NCBI GenBank assembly: GCA_963662285.2
Contig: CAXXMV010000006.1
Span: 1,504,001-1,568,000, forward strand
DNA from: a bacterium
GTDB lineage: Bacteria; Hinthialibacterota; Hinthialibacteria; Hinthialibacterales; Hinthialibacteraceae
DNA length: 64,000 nt
Reading direction: 5' to 3'
Made by a program: the position numbers and the translations under genes. The notes under the pieces are model-generated. The model saw nothing but the letters and a program-made list of their open reading frames with translations, searched no databases and was not told the DNA's origin. This document shows positions 19,898 to 30,305 of the stretch, in pieces (within the stretch, counting starts at the first letter, position 1; each line of letters opens with the position of its first letter).

Positions 19898-20122
19898 TTA
19901 TTTCAAGTAATCTAAGAATTCATCAACAGTAATCCCTGCTTGACGGATGATTGAACGCAAGGTTCCTTTATCTATTACGTTATGATCTGGAACAACAACG
20001 AGGGAATAAGGTTCATCTCTGCGCATAATAATATGGCTTCCATGCTGTCGTTTGATGTTAAAGCCCTTTTTTGCAAGCGCTTTAACACATTCACGGCCAG
20101 ATAATACGGGCAGTACGCTCAT
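19898..20122 (-). CDS. hicA: HicA-family mRNA interferase toxin
   Basis: GF...RQHGSH catalytic motif, VVVPDH, GTLRSIIRQAG. Confidence 0.92.
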   Translation of the reverse strand: MSVLPVLSGRECVKALAKKGFNIKRQHGSHIIMRRDEPYSLVVVPDHNVIDKGTLRSIIRQAGITVDEFLDYLK

Positions 20123-20328
20123 ACGGCAACCAAAATTGCATTAAAGTGATCTTCCGGGATGGGACGGTTATCTTCTTCCAATACTGCGATGTAGCCCTGA
20201 ATGGCTTCTTTGATGTTATTGATTGCATCTTCCTTGGATTGCCCTTGGCTCACGCAACCCGGTAGGCTGGGACATTCCGCCACCCAAAAGCCATCTTCTC
20301 CAGGGTAAATTAGAACTTGTCTCATCAT
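20119..20328 (-). CDS. hicB: HicB-family antitoxin (short, no DNA-binding domain)
   Basis: EDGFWVAECPSLPGCVSQG...EAI...IP motif; overlaps the hicA start. Confidence 0.92.
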   Translation of the reverse strand: MMRQVLIYPGEDGFWVAECPSLPGCVSQGQSKEDAINNIKEAIQGYIAVLEEDNRPIPEDHFNAILVAV

Positions 20329-20377
20329 CAACCTCTCTAGCATTTATTATTCTATTATAGTACAAAATAACGAAATC

Positions 20378-21793
20378 CTACGGAAATATCCCTTTATCCA
20401 CATAGAACTGGGCGATTTTCCGGATTGATTCAATGAATGCGGCGGTTCGTAGGTCTATGTTATCATTCACGCTTTTAAGCGTATCGCGGATGTGGTTGTA
20501 GGATGACATCATGGTCTCTTCGAGTCCCGCGTATACCAGGTCTTTTTCGCTGGCGCCGTAGCCCATTTGTTTGACATGTTCGGGAGTTATTTTCTCGCCG
20601 AACAAATCTTGCAGCGTACTTAATATGCTGCTGTGAAAGTTATCATCAAAGCGTTTGGTCATACGCCCGAAGCGGACGTGGGATAAATTCTTGACCCACT
20701 CAAAATAGGATACGGTCACCCCCCCGGCGTTTAGGTAAATGTCGGGGATTATCATGACTCCTTTATTATGCAGGTATTCATTGGCGTAGGCGGAGATCGG
20801 GCCGTTGGCTGCTTCTGCTATTATTTTGGCTTTGATCCGCTCAGCATTATCTATGGTAATCTGATTTTCCATCGCAGCTGGAATAAGGATATCGCATTCC
20901 ATTTCCAGGCCAATGCTTCTATCAGGAAGATTTTCGGCGTCGGGGAAATCGAGAATTGATTCTGTCGCTTTACGGTGTTCGATCACCTTTTCAATGTCTA
21001 ATCCATTGGGATTATAGATGGCGCCTTCATATTCACTTATGCAAATAATTTTGGCGCCAGCCTCATGAAAGAAATGCGTCGCGTGATAACCCACATTGCC
21101 CACTCCCTGGATGATAACCGTCTTGCCTTCTATGCCTGTAGCAAGACCCAGTTTATCCATGTCATCCTGGAAACTACATGCATGGCGCGTGCCATAAAAG
21201 ACGCCTAATCCGGTCGCTTCAGCGCGGCCATCTACTCCCCCCAAACTGACGGGTTTCCCTGTGACGCAGCCGATGGCGTCCAACTCATGCACCGCGAGAG
21301 TAGTATAGGTATCGACGATCCAGGCCATCTCTTGCGGACCGGTTCCGAAATCGGGCGCCGGGACGTCTGAACTGGGACCGATGAAATTCTTTCTATACAA
21401 CTCGAAGGTATACCGGCGGGTTATGCGTTCCAATTCGGATTCAGAATACATATGTTTGGATATTTTGACGCAGCCCTTGGCGCCTCCAAAAGGGACGTCA
21501 ACCACGGCGCATTTATAACTCATCAGCGCGGCCAGCGCGGTAACTTCATCTTCATTGACGTTAGCGGCGAAGCGGATGCCGCCTTTAGTCGGTAATATAT
21601 GATGACTATGCTCCGCCCGCCAGGCATGGATAACCTCTATGGTTCCATTATCGCGTTCAAGTGGAAAGGTTATGTGATAAACGTTACTACAACTCTTAAC
21701 CTGTTCTAAAAGCCCTGGCTCAAAATTGGTGTAACGGGCGGCTTTATCGAAATTCCAGTTGACCTGCTCGAAAAATTTCAGTTCACCTGACAT
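20378..21793 (-). CDS. gdhA: Glutamate dehydrogenase (Glu/Leu/Phe/Val DH family)
   Basis: KGGIRF, PFGGAKG, DVPAPD, GRAEATG, QGVGNVG, EAANGP, NAGGVTVSYFEW. Confidence 0.93.
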   Translation of the reverse strand: MSGELKFFEQVNWNFDKAARYTNFEPGLLEQVKSCSNVYHITFPLERDNGTIEVIHAWRAEHSHHILPTKGGIRFAANVNEDEVTALAALMSYKCAVVDVPFGGAKGCVKISKHMYSESELERITRRYTFELYRKNFIGPSSDVPAPDFGTGPQEMAWIVDTYTTLAVHELDAIGCVTGKPVSLGGVDGRAEATGLGVFYGTRHACSFQDDMDKLGLATGIEGKTVIIQGVGNVGYHATHFFHEAGAKIICISEYEGAIYNPNGLDIEKVIEHRKATESILDFPDAENLPDRSIGLEMECDILIPAAMENQITIDNAERIKAKIIAEAANGPISAYANEYLHNKGVMIIPDIYLNAGGVTVSYFEWVKNLSHVRFGRMTKRFDDNFHSSILSTLQDLFGEKITPEHVKQMGYGASEKDLVYAGLEETMMSSYNHIRDTLKSVNDNIDLRTAAFIESIRKIAQFYVDKGIFP

Positions 21794-21814
21794 AGTCACA
21801 TCCTTATACATTCA

Positions 21815-23593
21815 TTATTGTAATTCAATAATGCTCCATATACCCTGATTCGTCATGGATAAACTTATGACGTCGCCATCAGTTGTTATCTTCAAATTAC
21901 GGCTCTCACTATTGGGTGAATGAATCGTTGCCTTGCTTATAGTTCTCGCGCCGAAAATCTTCTTGGATATTTGTACTGTAGCAGATATCGGCGTTATCGA
22001 ATCATTATCAAAGTCATAATTTTGATTGAGAACATGACACACAATAGGCGCCTTGTCATCTTCAGTATTATATCGCAGGGAAACACGCAGATCATTTTCT
22101 GTTTTACAGCGGATATCTGTTTTCAAAGACTGGGGAAGCGAGTCGATATTCTTACACTCAATAACTTGCGCTTTTAACTTATTCAACCATTCGGCTTTGG
22201 CTAAAGTCATGGGATGTACCAAGATTGAATCAATTCCCGCCAGTTGCTTCATGTCCGGCTTGGTTGATGCATCAGCCATATAAACGATCCTATGTGGAAT
22301 GTTGGCATCGGTCATTTGTATGCATAATTTTTTAGTCGCGTTGAAATCATCGTTACTGCAAATAACGGCTGTCCTGGTCAGCGATTTATATCCATCAAAA
22401 AGCGCTTTGTTCTTCTGCACAAATTGGTATAGATCAGCAAAATCCTCTGGTTTTCCATTATACCAATGGGTTCCCAGTTCTTTGGTATAACACCATTGCC
22501 GGTGGGGAACCATAAAGACGCTGCCGAAAGCGTAGGTCTGGGCTATCCATGCCCTGACAAATCCCGGTTTATCATTGGCTTTGATCCAGGCCCAGTCCTG
22601 ACCCGATGCGGTAGCCGTCTGCCGGTCGCCCAAGGCTTCCACCATGCGGTAGACGAATACCGGTTGCGCATTGACTTTTTTACTCGCTGCATCCTGGGGA
22701 ATCTCGCCGCAGAAATAGTCAATAATAGGGGAGGGAATAACAGTTCGCGGCGACGAGGCGCTCGAATTGACGCTGCGCACCAGGGCTTTGCCGCGGATTT
22801 TCTCCGCATATTCATAGACCTCAGTGATGCGAATCTTCATCTGCTCATTTTGAAAATCCTGAAATTCTCCACGCAGTGGGATGGTATGCGCTTTATGCTT
22901 AAAGTCATCAGCCGAAAATCCTTTGCCTCTTAAGAATTTCCCATAATCAAAATCATCAATATTAGTGACGCCATAATCTTTAAGTTCTTCTTTGGACTTA
23001 TTCTGCTTGAGATATTCTCTGAAACCTTTCATGCAATGAACGCAAAAGCAACCTCCCATATAGGAACTGCAATTTGAAGAACCGCCGTAATCATCTATAT
23101 GCAAGCCATCTATTGGCGCCAGGCAGGCGCGTTTGGCTTGATCGAGAAAAAACTTTTGATATGAGGGATTATTCGAGCAAAACCAATAAGATGGATGGCC
23201 TTTGTGTTTATGATCCCACAACCAGGGAACGCATATTGCGTTGCCTTCCAGATCAAGGCTGATGGCTTCTTTGAAATTATCCGGCGCGAAATCGATATAC
23301 CCGCCAAAATCAACTAAAAAGTTAACGCTGCCGCAATACCTCATTCCCCGCTTATGAGCTTCAGCAACGCGTTTATTAAAACTCTCAACGCTCTTCTGAT
23401 CGCGCGAATTGCATAAGCCTCCCCAGCCAACCACCGTTCCCGAATAGTCGTCATACTGCTTAGGAGAACTGGCTGCATACATAAAAACAACATCGCTGGC
23501 ATGAATCGAAGGACGCTCTTCGGCATGCGCCAGGGTAAATCCCATTAGGCTGATGACGGATAAAACAAAGACGTGTTTTATAGAAGGTTTCAT
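21815..23593 (-). CDS. Secreted protein, probable glycoside hydrolase-like TIM barrel
   Basis: Signal peptide, DGLHIDD and GCFC.HC...FR.YL motifs as in GH42-like/GHL proteins. Confidence 0.6.
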   Translation of the reverse strand: MKPSIKHVFVLSVISLMGFTLAHAEERPSIHASDVVFMYAASSPKQYDDYSGTVVGWGGLCNSRDQKSVESFNKRVAEAHKRGMRYCGSVNFLVDFGGYIDFAPDNFKEAISLDLEGNAICVPWLWDHKHKGHPSYWFCSNNPSYQKFFLDQAKRACLAPIDGLHIDDYGGSSNCSSYMGGCFCVHCMKGFREYLKQNKSKEELKDYGVTNIDDFDYGKFLRGKGFSADDFKHKAHTIPLRGEFQDFQNEQMKIRITEVYEYAEKIRGKALVRSVNSSASSPRTVIPSPIIDYFCGEIPQDAASKKVNAQPVFVYRMVEALGDRQTATASGQDWAWIKANDKPGFVRAWIAQTYAFGSVFMVPHRQWCYTKELGTHWYNGKPEDFADLYQFVQKNKALFDGYKSLTRTAVICSNDDFNATKKLCIQMTDANIPHRIVYMADASTKPDMKQLAGIDSILVHPMTLAKAEWLNKLKAQVIECKNIDSLPQSLKTDIRCKTENDLRVSLRYNTEDDKAPIVCHVLNQNYDFDNDSITPISATVQISKKIFGARTISKATIHSPNSESRNLKITTDGDVISLSMTNQGIWSIIELQ

Positions 23594-23712
23594 ATTATGC
23601 TTTCTCCCAATAGTAAAACTATCCAAAATATTTTAATCTATTAATATTACTGTTTCTTAGTTATACCATATTAGATGATTAAAATAAGATATCACTAGAG
23701 TGGAGCGCTCAA

Positions 23713-24486
23713 ATGAAAAAAATAATTCTATCAATATCTTTAATTCTATCTTGTGCTTTTCCTGGTTTCGCCAAATCCGTTTTGATCATTGCGGATGAAT
23801 GGCCGCAAATGGAAATCTTGGCGGAGTATCTCAAGACTGAGGGTAAATTCAAGGTTCAATCAGTCGAACAAACCGGGATACCCAAACGCATATCCTCAAA
23901 CAGGGCTGTTTTTATGTTCATTCATAAAGACCTTAATCAAGACGCCGCATTACAGATGATCGATTATGCAAAAAATGGAGGGAAATTAATTGTCATGCAC
24001 CACGGCATATCTTCCGCCAAGCGAAAGGTTCCTCAATGGTTCGATCTTCTAGGCGTCCATCTACCAACCAAAGAAGAAGAACCGGATAACTATTATACCT
24101 ATCAGCATGAGGTTGATTACCATATCGTAAATCTTCGTCCATCGCATTACATCACAACCAATAAAATCCTATGGCCGGATACTATAGAGTATCAATCATC
24201 CGATGCGCCTAGTCGTTATGCGCAAACGCCTGCCATGATCTTTGAAAATTCAGAAATATTCATGAATCATAATTTCAAAGATGGCCGTGAAAAAACCGTC
24301 CTGCTTGGCTTTCATCATAAGAATCCTAAAACGGGAAAAATAATTATGCAGGATCGAGGCGGTTGGTATAAGAAAGCTGGGAAGGGATGGGTATTCTATT
24401 TCCAACCAGGACACCTGACATCTGATTTTCAACAACCATATTGCCAGATGCTATTAAACTGCCTGAACTGGAAACCGGGGAAATAA
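23713..24486 (+). CDS. ThuA-like / class I glutamine amidotransferase-like domain protein
   Basis: Signal peptide, GGKLIVMHH, GKGWVFYFQPGH. Confidence 0.7.
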   Translation: MKKIILSISLILSCAFPGFAKSVLIIADEWPQMEILAEYLKTEGKFKVQSVEQTGIPKRISSNRAVFMFIHKDLNQDAALQMIDYAKNGGKLIVMHHGISSAKRKVPQWFDLLGVHLPTKEEEPDNYYTYQHEVDYHIVNLRPSHYITTNKILWPDTIEYQSSDAPSRYAQTPAMIFENSEIFMNHNFKDGREKTVLLGFHHKNPKTGKIIMQDRGGWYKKAGKGWVFYFQPGHLTSDFQQPYCQMLLNCLNWKPGK

Positions 24487-24487
24487 T

Positions 24488-24619
24488 ATGACGCAGAGAG
24501 AAATGACGCAAACTCATAATCCGCATAGTTTCATGAATCTATTAAGGTTGGTTGGTTTAACCCTTCTAACGGTTGCAGTATATGTCGCCCTCAAAATACA
24601 GGGCAAATTGAAAATGTAA
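24488..24619 (+). CDS. Putative small single-TM peptide (43 aa)
   Basis: Manual translation MTQREMTQTHNPHSFMNLLRLVGLTLLTVAVYVALKIQGKLKM, starting 1 nt after the upstream stop. Confidence 0.4.
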   Translation: MTQREMTQTHNPHSFMNLLRLVGLTLLTVAVYVALKIQGKLKM

Positions 24620-24648
24620 ATTCAGTCAATTAAAACAATCCACCAAAG

Positions 24649-24678
24649 CGTAGGATGGGTCGGCCTTATCGACCCATC
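24649..24678 (+). repeat. GTAG-type REP (family B variant)
   Basis: CGTAG GATGGGTCG-GCCTTAT-CGACCCATC hairpin. Confidence 0.75.
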
Positions 24679-24706
24679 AAAAATCCACCCCAACTAACAC
24701 TCCCCA

Positions 24707-25342
24707 CTACTCAGCCGCCTCAAAGTATACTATAGGAGTGTTAATTTCTTGAAAAACCAGACGGAAATCCTTGCCAAATGTTTCTAAAAATAAACTTTTT
24801 TTCCGGTCAACTGCATTTAATTCCTCAACGCATGGAAAATCTGAATCGGCTTTGAATGTATAAGCCCCATTGGCCTGGATGCATTCAATATCCCTGATGC
24901 GCGTCTCATGTCCCGTATCCAGCCCATCAGCAATCCGTAAAAAGGAAGCCAGTTTTCTCACTACCAACTGATCTTCAGGTGAAAGAAGAACAAACAGGGA
25001 ATGAGAATGCTTAGGTAAAGATCTACGATGGTATCTTACAATATTGGCGAGCATCCTTAATTCTCTATCATCAAAAGCAGGAAGATTGCTATTTAGAATA
25101 ATCCTCATCGAGTGTTTATGATGAGATTTTCTTGAAATACTCCACCCGATATCATGCAGAAAAGCGGCGCTTTCTAATAGGGTGCGTTCTTCAATTCCTA
25201 ATTCATGAAGTGATGTTAACTGATCAAAAAGGGCCATTGATAGTTTTGTTACATGAAGAGAATGCGAAACTTCATGACCAATAGACTCTAATAATTCTCT
25301 CGCTTGAATGGTTTTGGATTTTAATCCATCAAAGGACGGCAT
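24707..25342 (-). CDS. Stand-alone HD domain of Ppx/GppA C-terminal type
   Basis: HS.HV..L...LFD, AAFLHDIG, HHKHS, RYHRR, LRIADGLD. Confidence 0.88.
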   Translation of the reverse strand: MPSFDGLKSKTIQARELLESIGHEVSHSLHVTKLSMALFDQLTSLHELGIEERTLLESAAFLHDIGWSISRKSHHKHSMRIILNSNLPAFDDRELRMLANIVRYHRRSLPKHSHSLFVLLSPEDQLVVRKLASFLRIADGLDTGHETRIRDIECIQANGAYTFKADSDFPCVEELNAVDRKKSLFLETFGKDFRLVFQEINTPIVYFEAAE

Positions 25343-25723
25343 TATCTATGTTCCTCAAAGAAGTGCATGTGATGCATAAAGCCAGCTTGCGTGATAGTCC
25401 AATATTGGATGTCATTTGACATCATTCAGTAATACTATATCTTGATTTTTTGGTTTGTCATTAAAAATTTTCTTCATTAATACTACATTTAAGCAACTGC
25501 ATATTATAGTATTTACATTTCTTTCTAACAAAAGGTTAACACAAATATTACGAAACACCCACATTTTTTATTCAATTAAAAAATATCTTTATAAAAAGAG
25601 AAATTACATGATTAAACCTGAATGAAAGTTATAATGAGACATCGCAATCTCTTAATTGATTATTTTATTATTCAATGTAATATTTGCAAATCCCTATGAG
25701 ATAATTAAGAGGAGAATATAAAA

Positions 25724-27364
25724 ATGATAAACCGAATGTTTTCAGCATGTTTTCTTATGTTATCGCTGCTCGTTTGTGGATTCACTTCAGTGGCAATGGC
25801 GGAAAGCGTTCAACGGTGGGGACGATTCGAAAACTCATTTATAAGTACTATAGAATACCAAAATCCTGTCCAGCAAGTGAAATTGAAGGTTGAATTCACT
25901 TCACCTGACGAAAAAAAACGTACTATTCTTGGATTCTGGGATGGCGCAAAACAGTGGCGCGTCAGGTTCTCCCCTGATCAGATTGGTTCTTGGACTTATA
26001 AAACTTCCTGCTCCGATGAGCAAAACAGTGGCTTAAATAATCAAACCGGCAAGTTTGAATGCATAGCATATAAAGGCAATCTCGAGTTATTTAAGCATGG
26101 CGAACTCAGGATATCTGATAACCATAGATACATAGTTCATAACGATGGCGCTCCATTCTTCTGGTTAGCCGATACGGTCTGGTGCGGTCCGGCGCTGTCG
26201 GATTTCGATGATTGGCAGGTATTCTGCCAGGACCGGGTTGATAAAGAATTCACCGCCATTCAATTCGTCATGACTCAATGGCGCATGACCAAAACTGACG
26301 CCGATGGCAATCCTACATATACTGGAAAAGAAAAGATCGCTTTGAATATGAATTATTTCCAGCGTTTGGATAAATACGTAGATCAAATTAACCATGCCGG
26401 TCTGGTGGCGGTTCCCGTCCTGCTTTGGGCTATTAATGGAGAAGAGAATCCCGGTTGGTCATTGCCTGAAGATCAGAAGATTATACTGGCTCAGTACATG
26501 ATCGCCCGCTATGGCGCTCATCAGGTTATCTGGTTCCTGGGCGGCGACGGTAATTACAGCGGATCAAGAGCAGATAGTTGGAAACGCGTCGGCAGAGCAG
26601 TATTCAATAAAGATCAACATCGTCTGGCGACCATGCACGTCGGTGGAACTATGTGGGCTGAGAAAGAATTTAGCGGTGAACCATGGTTCAGTTTTCTGGG
26701 CTACCAAAGCGGTCATGGCGATAGTCAAAAAACATTTGCTTGGTTGAACCAGGGACCGCCCAGTACTGAGTGGAATAACCAACCAACTTTGCCATTTATT
26801 AATACCGAACCGAATTATGAAGCTCATAATGGATACTCGTCCAAGAAAGTGCATAATGATCATGCCGTTCGCCGGGCAGCTTATTGGAGTCTTCTGGTTT
26901 CGCCTCCCGCCGGGGTAACCTATGGCGGTCAGGGCATCTGGGGATGGCATACAAAAGTACAAGCGCCCGCCGACCATATAAGCACCGGTTTGGGATCGCC
27001 CTGGAATATCGCCAAAGACCTGCCCGGCGCCTTCAGCATGAAATATCTGCATCAATTTTTCAAATCAATCGATTGGTGGACATTGCTGCCTGCTCCAGAG
27101 ATGGTTTTGAATCAACCAGGAAAAGAAGATCCGTCAAAATTCATCGCCGCCGCGAAATCTAAGGACGGCGCCTTAGCAGTGATATATCTTCCTGAAGGTG
27201 GAGAAGTCAAACTGGATACAGCATCATTAAAAAAGGACGCCGTGGCGCGTTGGTATCATCCACGTACAGGCGGTTGGCTTAATGCAGATATGATTCTACA
27301 GACTCCTCAGGTTTTCAAGACGTCTGATCGCAACGACTGGGTTCTTCTGATTGAAGCGAAATAA
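25724..27364 (+). CDS. DUF5060/DUF4038 (apiosidase-like) glycoside hydrolase with C-terminal collagen-binding-like domain
   Basis: GFWDG..WRVRFSP, DGAPFFWLADTVW, YQSGHG, NTEPNYE, WYHPRTG. Confidence 0.85.
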   Translation: MINRMFSACFLMLSLLVCGFTSVAMAESVQRWGRFENSFISTIEYQNPVQQVKLKVEFTSPDEKKRTILGFWDGAKQWRVRFSPDQIGSWTYKTSCSDEQNSGLNNQTGKFECIAYKGNLELFKHGELRISDNHRYIVHNDGAPFFWLADTVWCGPALSDFDDWQVFCQDRVDKEFTAIQFVMTQWRMTKTDADGNPTYTGKEKIALNMNYFQRLDKYVDQINHAGLVAVPVLLWAINGEENPGWSLPEDQKIILAQYMIARYGAHQVIWFLGGDGNYSGSRADSWKRVGRAVFNKDQHRLATMHVGGTMWAEKEFSGEPWFSFLGYQSGHGDSQKTFAWLNQGPPSTEWNNQPTLPFINTEPNYEAHNGYSSKKVHNDHAVRRAAYWSLLVSPPAGVTYGGQGIWGWHTKVQAPADHISTGLGSPWNIAKDLPGAFSMKYLHQFFKSIDWWTLLPAPEMVLNQPGKEDPSKFIAAAKSKDGALAVIYLPEGGEVKLDTASLKKDAVARWYHPRTGGWLNADMILQTPQVFKTSDRNDWVLLIEAK

Positions 27365-27379
27365 TTAAGGTTAAACACA

Positions 27380-28912
27380 ATGTCTCTTATCGGTCTCGAC
27401 ATCGGCGCAACTGGTTGTAAAACAATAGTATTTAGTGAAGAAGGTCATATTCTTGGACAATGCCATAGAGAATACAGTATCCTGCATCCTCAACCCGGTT
27501 GGATTGAACAGGATGCTGAGCGCGTCTGGCAGATGGCCTGGGATTCCCTCGAAGACGCCATCGCCGATGCAGGGCGGGGTGATTCTCCCACGGCAATGGC
27601 AATATCCGTGCAAAGCGGCGCCATTATTCCCATCGATCGCAGTGGTTTCTCCATGCGCTACGCTATTTTGGGTATGGATGCCCGCTCCAGTGCGGAAAAC
27701 CAATGGCTGCAAGAGACATTCGGAGCTGAAGAATTATACAATCTGACCGGGGCGCCATTACACCCTTCAAACATGCTGCCCAAATTACTCTGGCTGCAAC
27801 GCCATGAGCCGGATTTATGGAAACAGGCAGACTACTTTCTATCCTACGAAGATTTCATATTACGCCGTTTCATCGGTAAACCTATGACTGGACATTGCCT
27901 GGCCTCATGCACTCAGATGTATGATTTAGCTAATGGATGCTGGGCTGGAGATATTCTTGATAAATGCAGTATAGATGTAAACCGTCTGGCCGCTCTGGGG
28001 ACTGAATCAGTCGGCGTTCTGGGAACCATGCGCCTGGAATTGGCTATGGAATTAGGCGTCCATCATAATGACATCGCTATCATCAGTGGGGGACGCAATC
28101 ATGCCTGCGCCGCCATAGGCTGCGGCGCCATCAAGACCGGATCAGTAGTAGTCTCCACCGCAATCGATCAGGTAATTGCAACAGCTATAGATTCTCCTGC
28201 GATCAATAAAACTCTGCGCGAGGGCAATATTGAGGTATGCCGTCATGCAGCGCATGGATTATATTTGGCAATGAACCGGAATCCGAACAGTGAGTTACTG
28301 CTGCGTTGGTTCAGGGATTCTTTCTGTGAACCGCAAATCGAGCGGACTAAACAAAGCGGAGGTGATCCCTATGATCTTATACTAGCGGATGCTACAGAAG
28401 GCCCTACCGGATTAATGGTTCTGCCTCATTTCGCTGGAAGTGGAACGCCTCAATTAGACGCAGAATCCAAAGGCGCCATTCTTGGTTTGACCCTGTCTGA
28501 CAACCGATCAACTATCGCCAAAGCAATGCTCGAAGGATTAAGCCACGAACTACGCATCAACCTTGATACGATTCGGGACGGTGGGATTGATATAAGCCAG
28601 TTGAATATTGTAGGCGATAGCGCCAGCAATCCATTATGGCTGCAAATTCAAGCCGACATCTGTCAGATTCCATTGAACGTTGCCCAAACAACAGTAACCT
28701 CATGCCTGGGCGCGGCGCTTCTAGCAGGAACCGCTACGGGAGTATATCCAGACCTTGATTCAGCAATTTCGCAAACCGTAAAAAAACCACAACGCATCGA
28801 GCCGCAACAAGCAAACGCCGCCGCTTATAATAAAGCTCATCAAACCTATAAAAAGATTTACCCCGCCATCAAATCGATAGGACGCGCTTCTACTTGGTCC
28901 CATAATACTTAG
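27380..28912 (+). CDS. FGGY-family carbohydrate kinase homolog with degenerate catalytic motifs
   Basis: GLDIGATGCK, PQPGWIEQD, D.R, LPHFAGSGTP, KGAILGL, A.LEG. Confidence 0.85.
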   Translation: MSLIGLDIGATGCKTIVFSEEGHILGQCHREYSILHPQPGWIEQDAERVWQMAWDSLEDAIADAGRGDSPTAMAISVQSGAIIPIDRSGFSMRYAILGMDARSSAENQWLQETFGAEELYNLTGAPLHPSNMLPKLLWLQRHEPDLWKQADYFLSYEDFILRRFIGKPMTGHCLASCTQMYDLANGCWAGDILDKCSIDVNRLAALGTESVGVLGTMRLELAMELGVHHNDIAIISGGRNHACAAIGCGAIKTGSVVVSTAIDQVIATAIDSPAINKTLREGNIEVCRHAAHGLYLAMNRNPNSELLLRWFRDSFCEPQIERTKQSGGDPYDLILADATEGPTGLMVLPHFAGSGTPQLDAESKGAILGLTLSDNRSTIAKAMLEGLSHELRINLDTIRDGGIDISQLNIVGDSASNPLWLQIQADICQIPLNVAQTTVTSCLGAALLAGTATGVYPDLDSAISQTVKKPQRIEPQQANAAAYNKAHQTYKKIYPAIKSIGRASTWSHNT

Positions 28913-28921
28913 CTAATCAAA

Positions 28922-30136
28922 TTATTTCTTCGGCGCAGTCCAGGAAAACAGTTTTGCATCAGTGAATGGCAGTTTGTTGAATGAACGGCTGCTCTTCTTA
29001 TTAAAAAATATCTTATCGGCGAAGTCGGCTAAGGCTTGCCAGTCTTCTATCATCTGATCATGGCCGCCTTGGCGGAAGTGGATTCCATTATTGCCGCTGG
29101 CATTGAGAAAGTCGAAAACTGGTTGGGCAGCGAGATAGGTCTGCTGTTCGCCGATAGGATTAGCCCACTTGTCGCCCAGGGCGTCGGTGGTTAAGAGCGC
29201 CCGTGGCGCCACCAGGGCTTTAAGGAAATGTTGGTCGAATGGAAGTCTGGTTTCCTTATCAGCGAAATCCCGCAGACGCTTATGAAACCAATAACTGAAG
29301 CGCTTGGGTTCGGTAATCAGTTTAAGGCTTTCTCCAACTCTAACCCGGTAGCAGCCGCCTCCCCCGCAACCTGAACCATTGGGAACCGTCAACGCGATGC
29401 GTTCATCCAACGCTCCCGCCAGTAAAGCAGCCTTACCGTCACGCGAATGGCCAGTTATGGCGATGCGCTCTTTATCAACGCAATCCAGAGTCATGAAATA
29501 ATCCACCACCCGATGGCATCCCCAGGCCCACGCGGCCAGAGCAGCCCAGTCGTATTCGGGGTAAGCTGATTGCGCAGCGCCGATTACATCGTTTCCCTCA
29601 ACATCTGGATCAACGCTGTCGCGGGCGTACTCGCAGGCGATGTAACCACGGTCGATCAGTTCACAGGCGATGGGAATATCTCGCAGCCCGGTTTCACCCA
29701 AGTGGGGCGTGAACTTGATAATAGCAGGGAAGGGGCCGCCGCTGTTAGGAATCATCATACCGATGTTTATCTTGATTTGACTGTTCGGTCCCAGGGTAAG
29801 CAGGATGCGCTTTTCAGTTGCGGCGCCATTGAATACGCTTTTTGAAGATAGTTCACGGGCGATTATGTTGTCTGGCGCCGGGGGCATGAAACCGTATTGA
29901 TAGTAGAGCATCATCGATTTGATTTCAGCGCGACGCTTAGTCCAATCCGAGATACTGCGAACCATCGTTCCATCATTCATCATAAAAGGATTGGGCAGTT
30001 CTCTAATTACCGGCAGTTGATCCACATCCGGTAACTCAATCGCACTGGGCGTCTGCGCTTGTGAAATAATCGTTAAGCAGCAGAAAAACATGATGACGGC
30101 TAAGCAGTAAATCCACATATCGTTTTTATCTAACAT
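28922..30136 (-). CDS. Carbohydrate esterase family 15 (glucuronoyl esterase-like)
   Basis: AAWAWG, GHSRDGK nucleophile motif, SGCGG, PFDQH.L.ALVAPR. Confidence 0.9.
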   Translation of the reverse strand: MLDKNDMWIYCLAVIMFFCCLTIISQAQTPSAIELPDVDQLPVIRELPNPFMMNDGTMVRSISDWTKRRAEIKSMMLYYQYGFMPPAPDNIIARELSSKSVFNGAATEKRILLTLGPNSQIKINIGMMIPNSGGPFPAIIKFTPHLGETGLRDIPIACELIDRGYIACEYARDSVDPDVEGNDVIGAAQSAYPEYDWAALAAWAWGCHRVVDYFMTLDCVDKERIAITGHSRDGKAALLAGALDERIALTVPNGSGCGGGGCYRVRVGESLKLITEPKRFSYWFHKRLRDFADKETRLPFDQHFLKALVAPRALLTTDALGDKWANPIGEQQTYLAAQPVFDFLNASGNNGIHFRQGGHDQMIEDWQALADFADKIFFNKKSSRSFNKLPFTDAKLFSWTAPKK

Positions 30137-30305
30137 TGGCGTCTCTTTTCAGGTTTATTAGCATATTCTAATCCGTTAGTTCTTTCCGGGAAATGAGGAT
30201 TAATTCTGTAATTACCTATCTAAACCTTCCTTTTTTGCAGCCATTCTGAGAAAATTTACACTCAATTTAATATATTTGCCTTAAATAATGCACAGGAGAA
30301 TAGCA

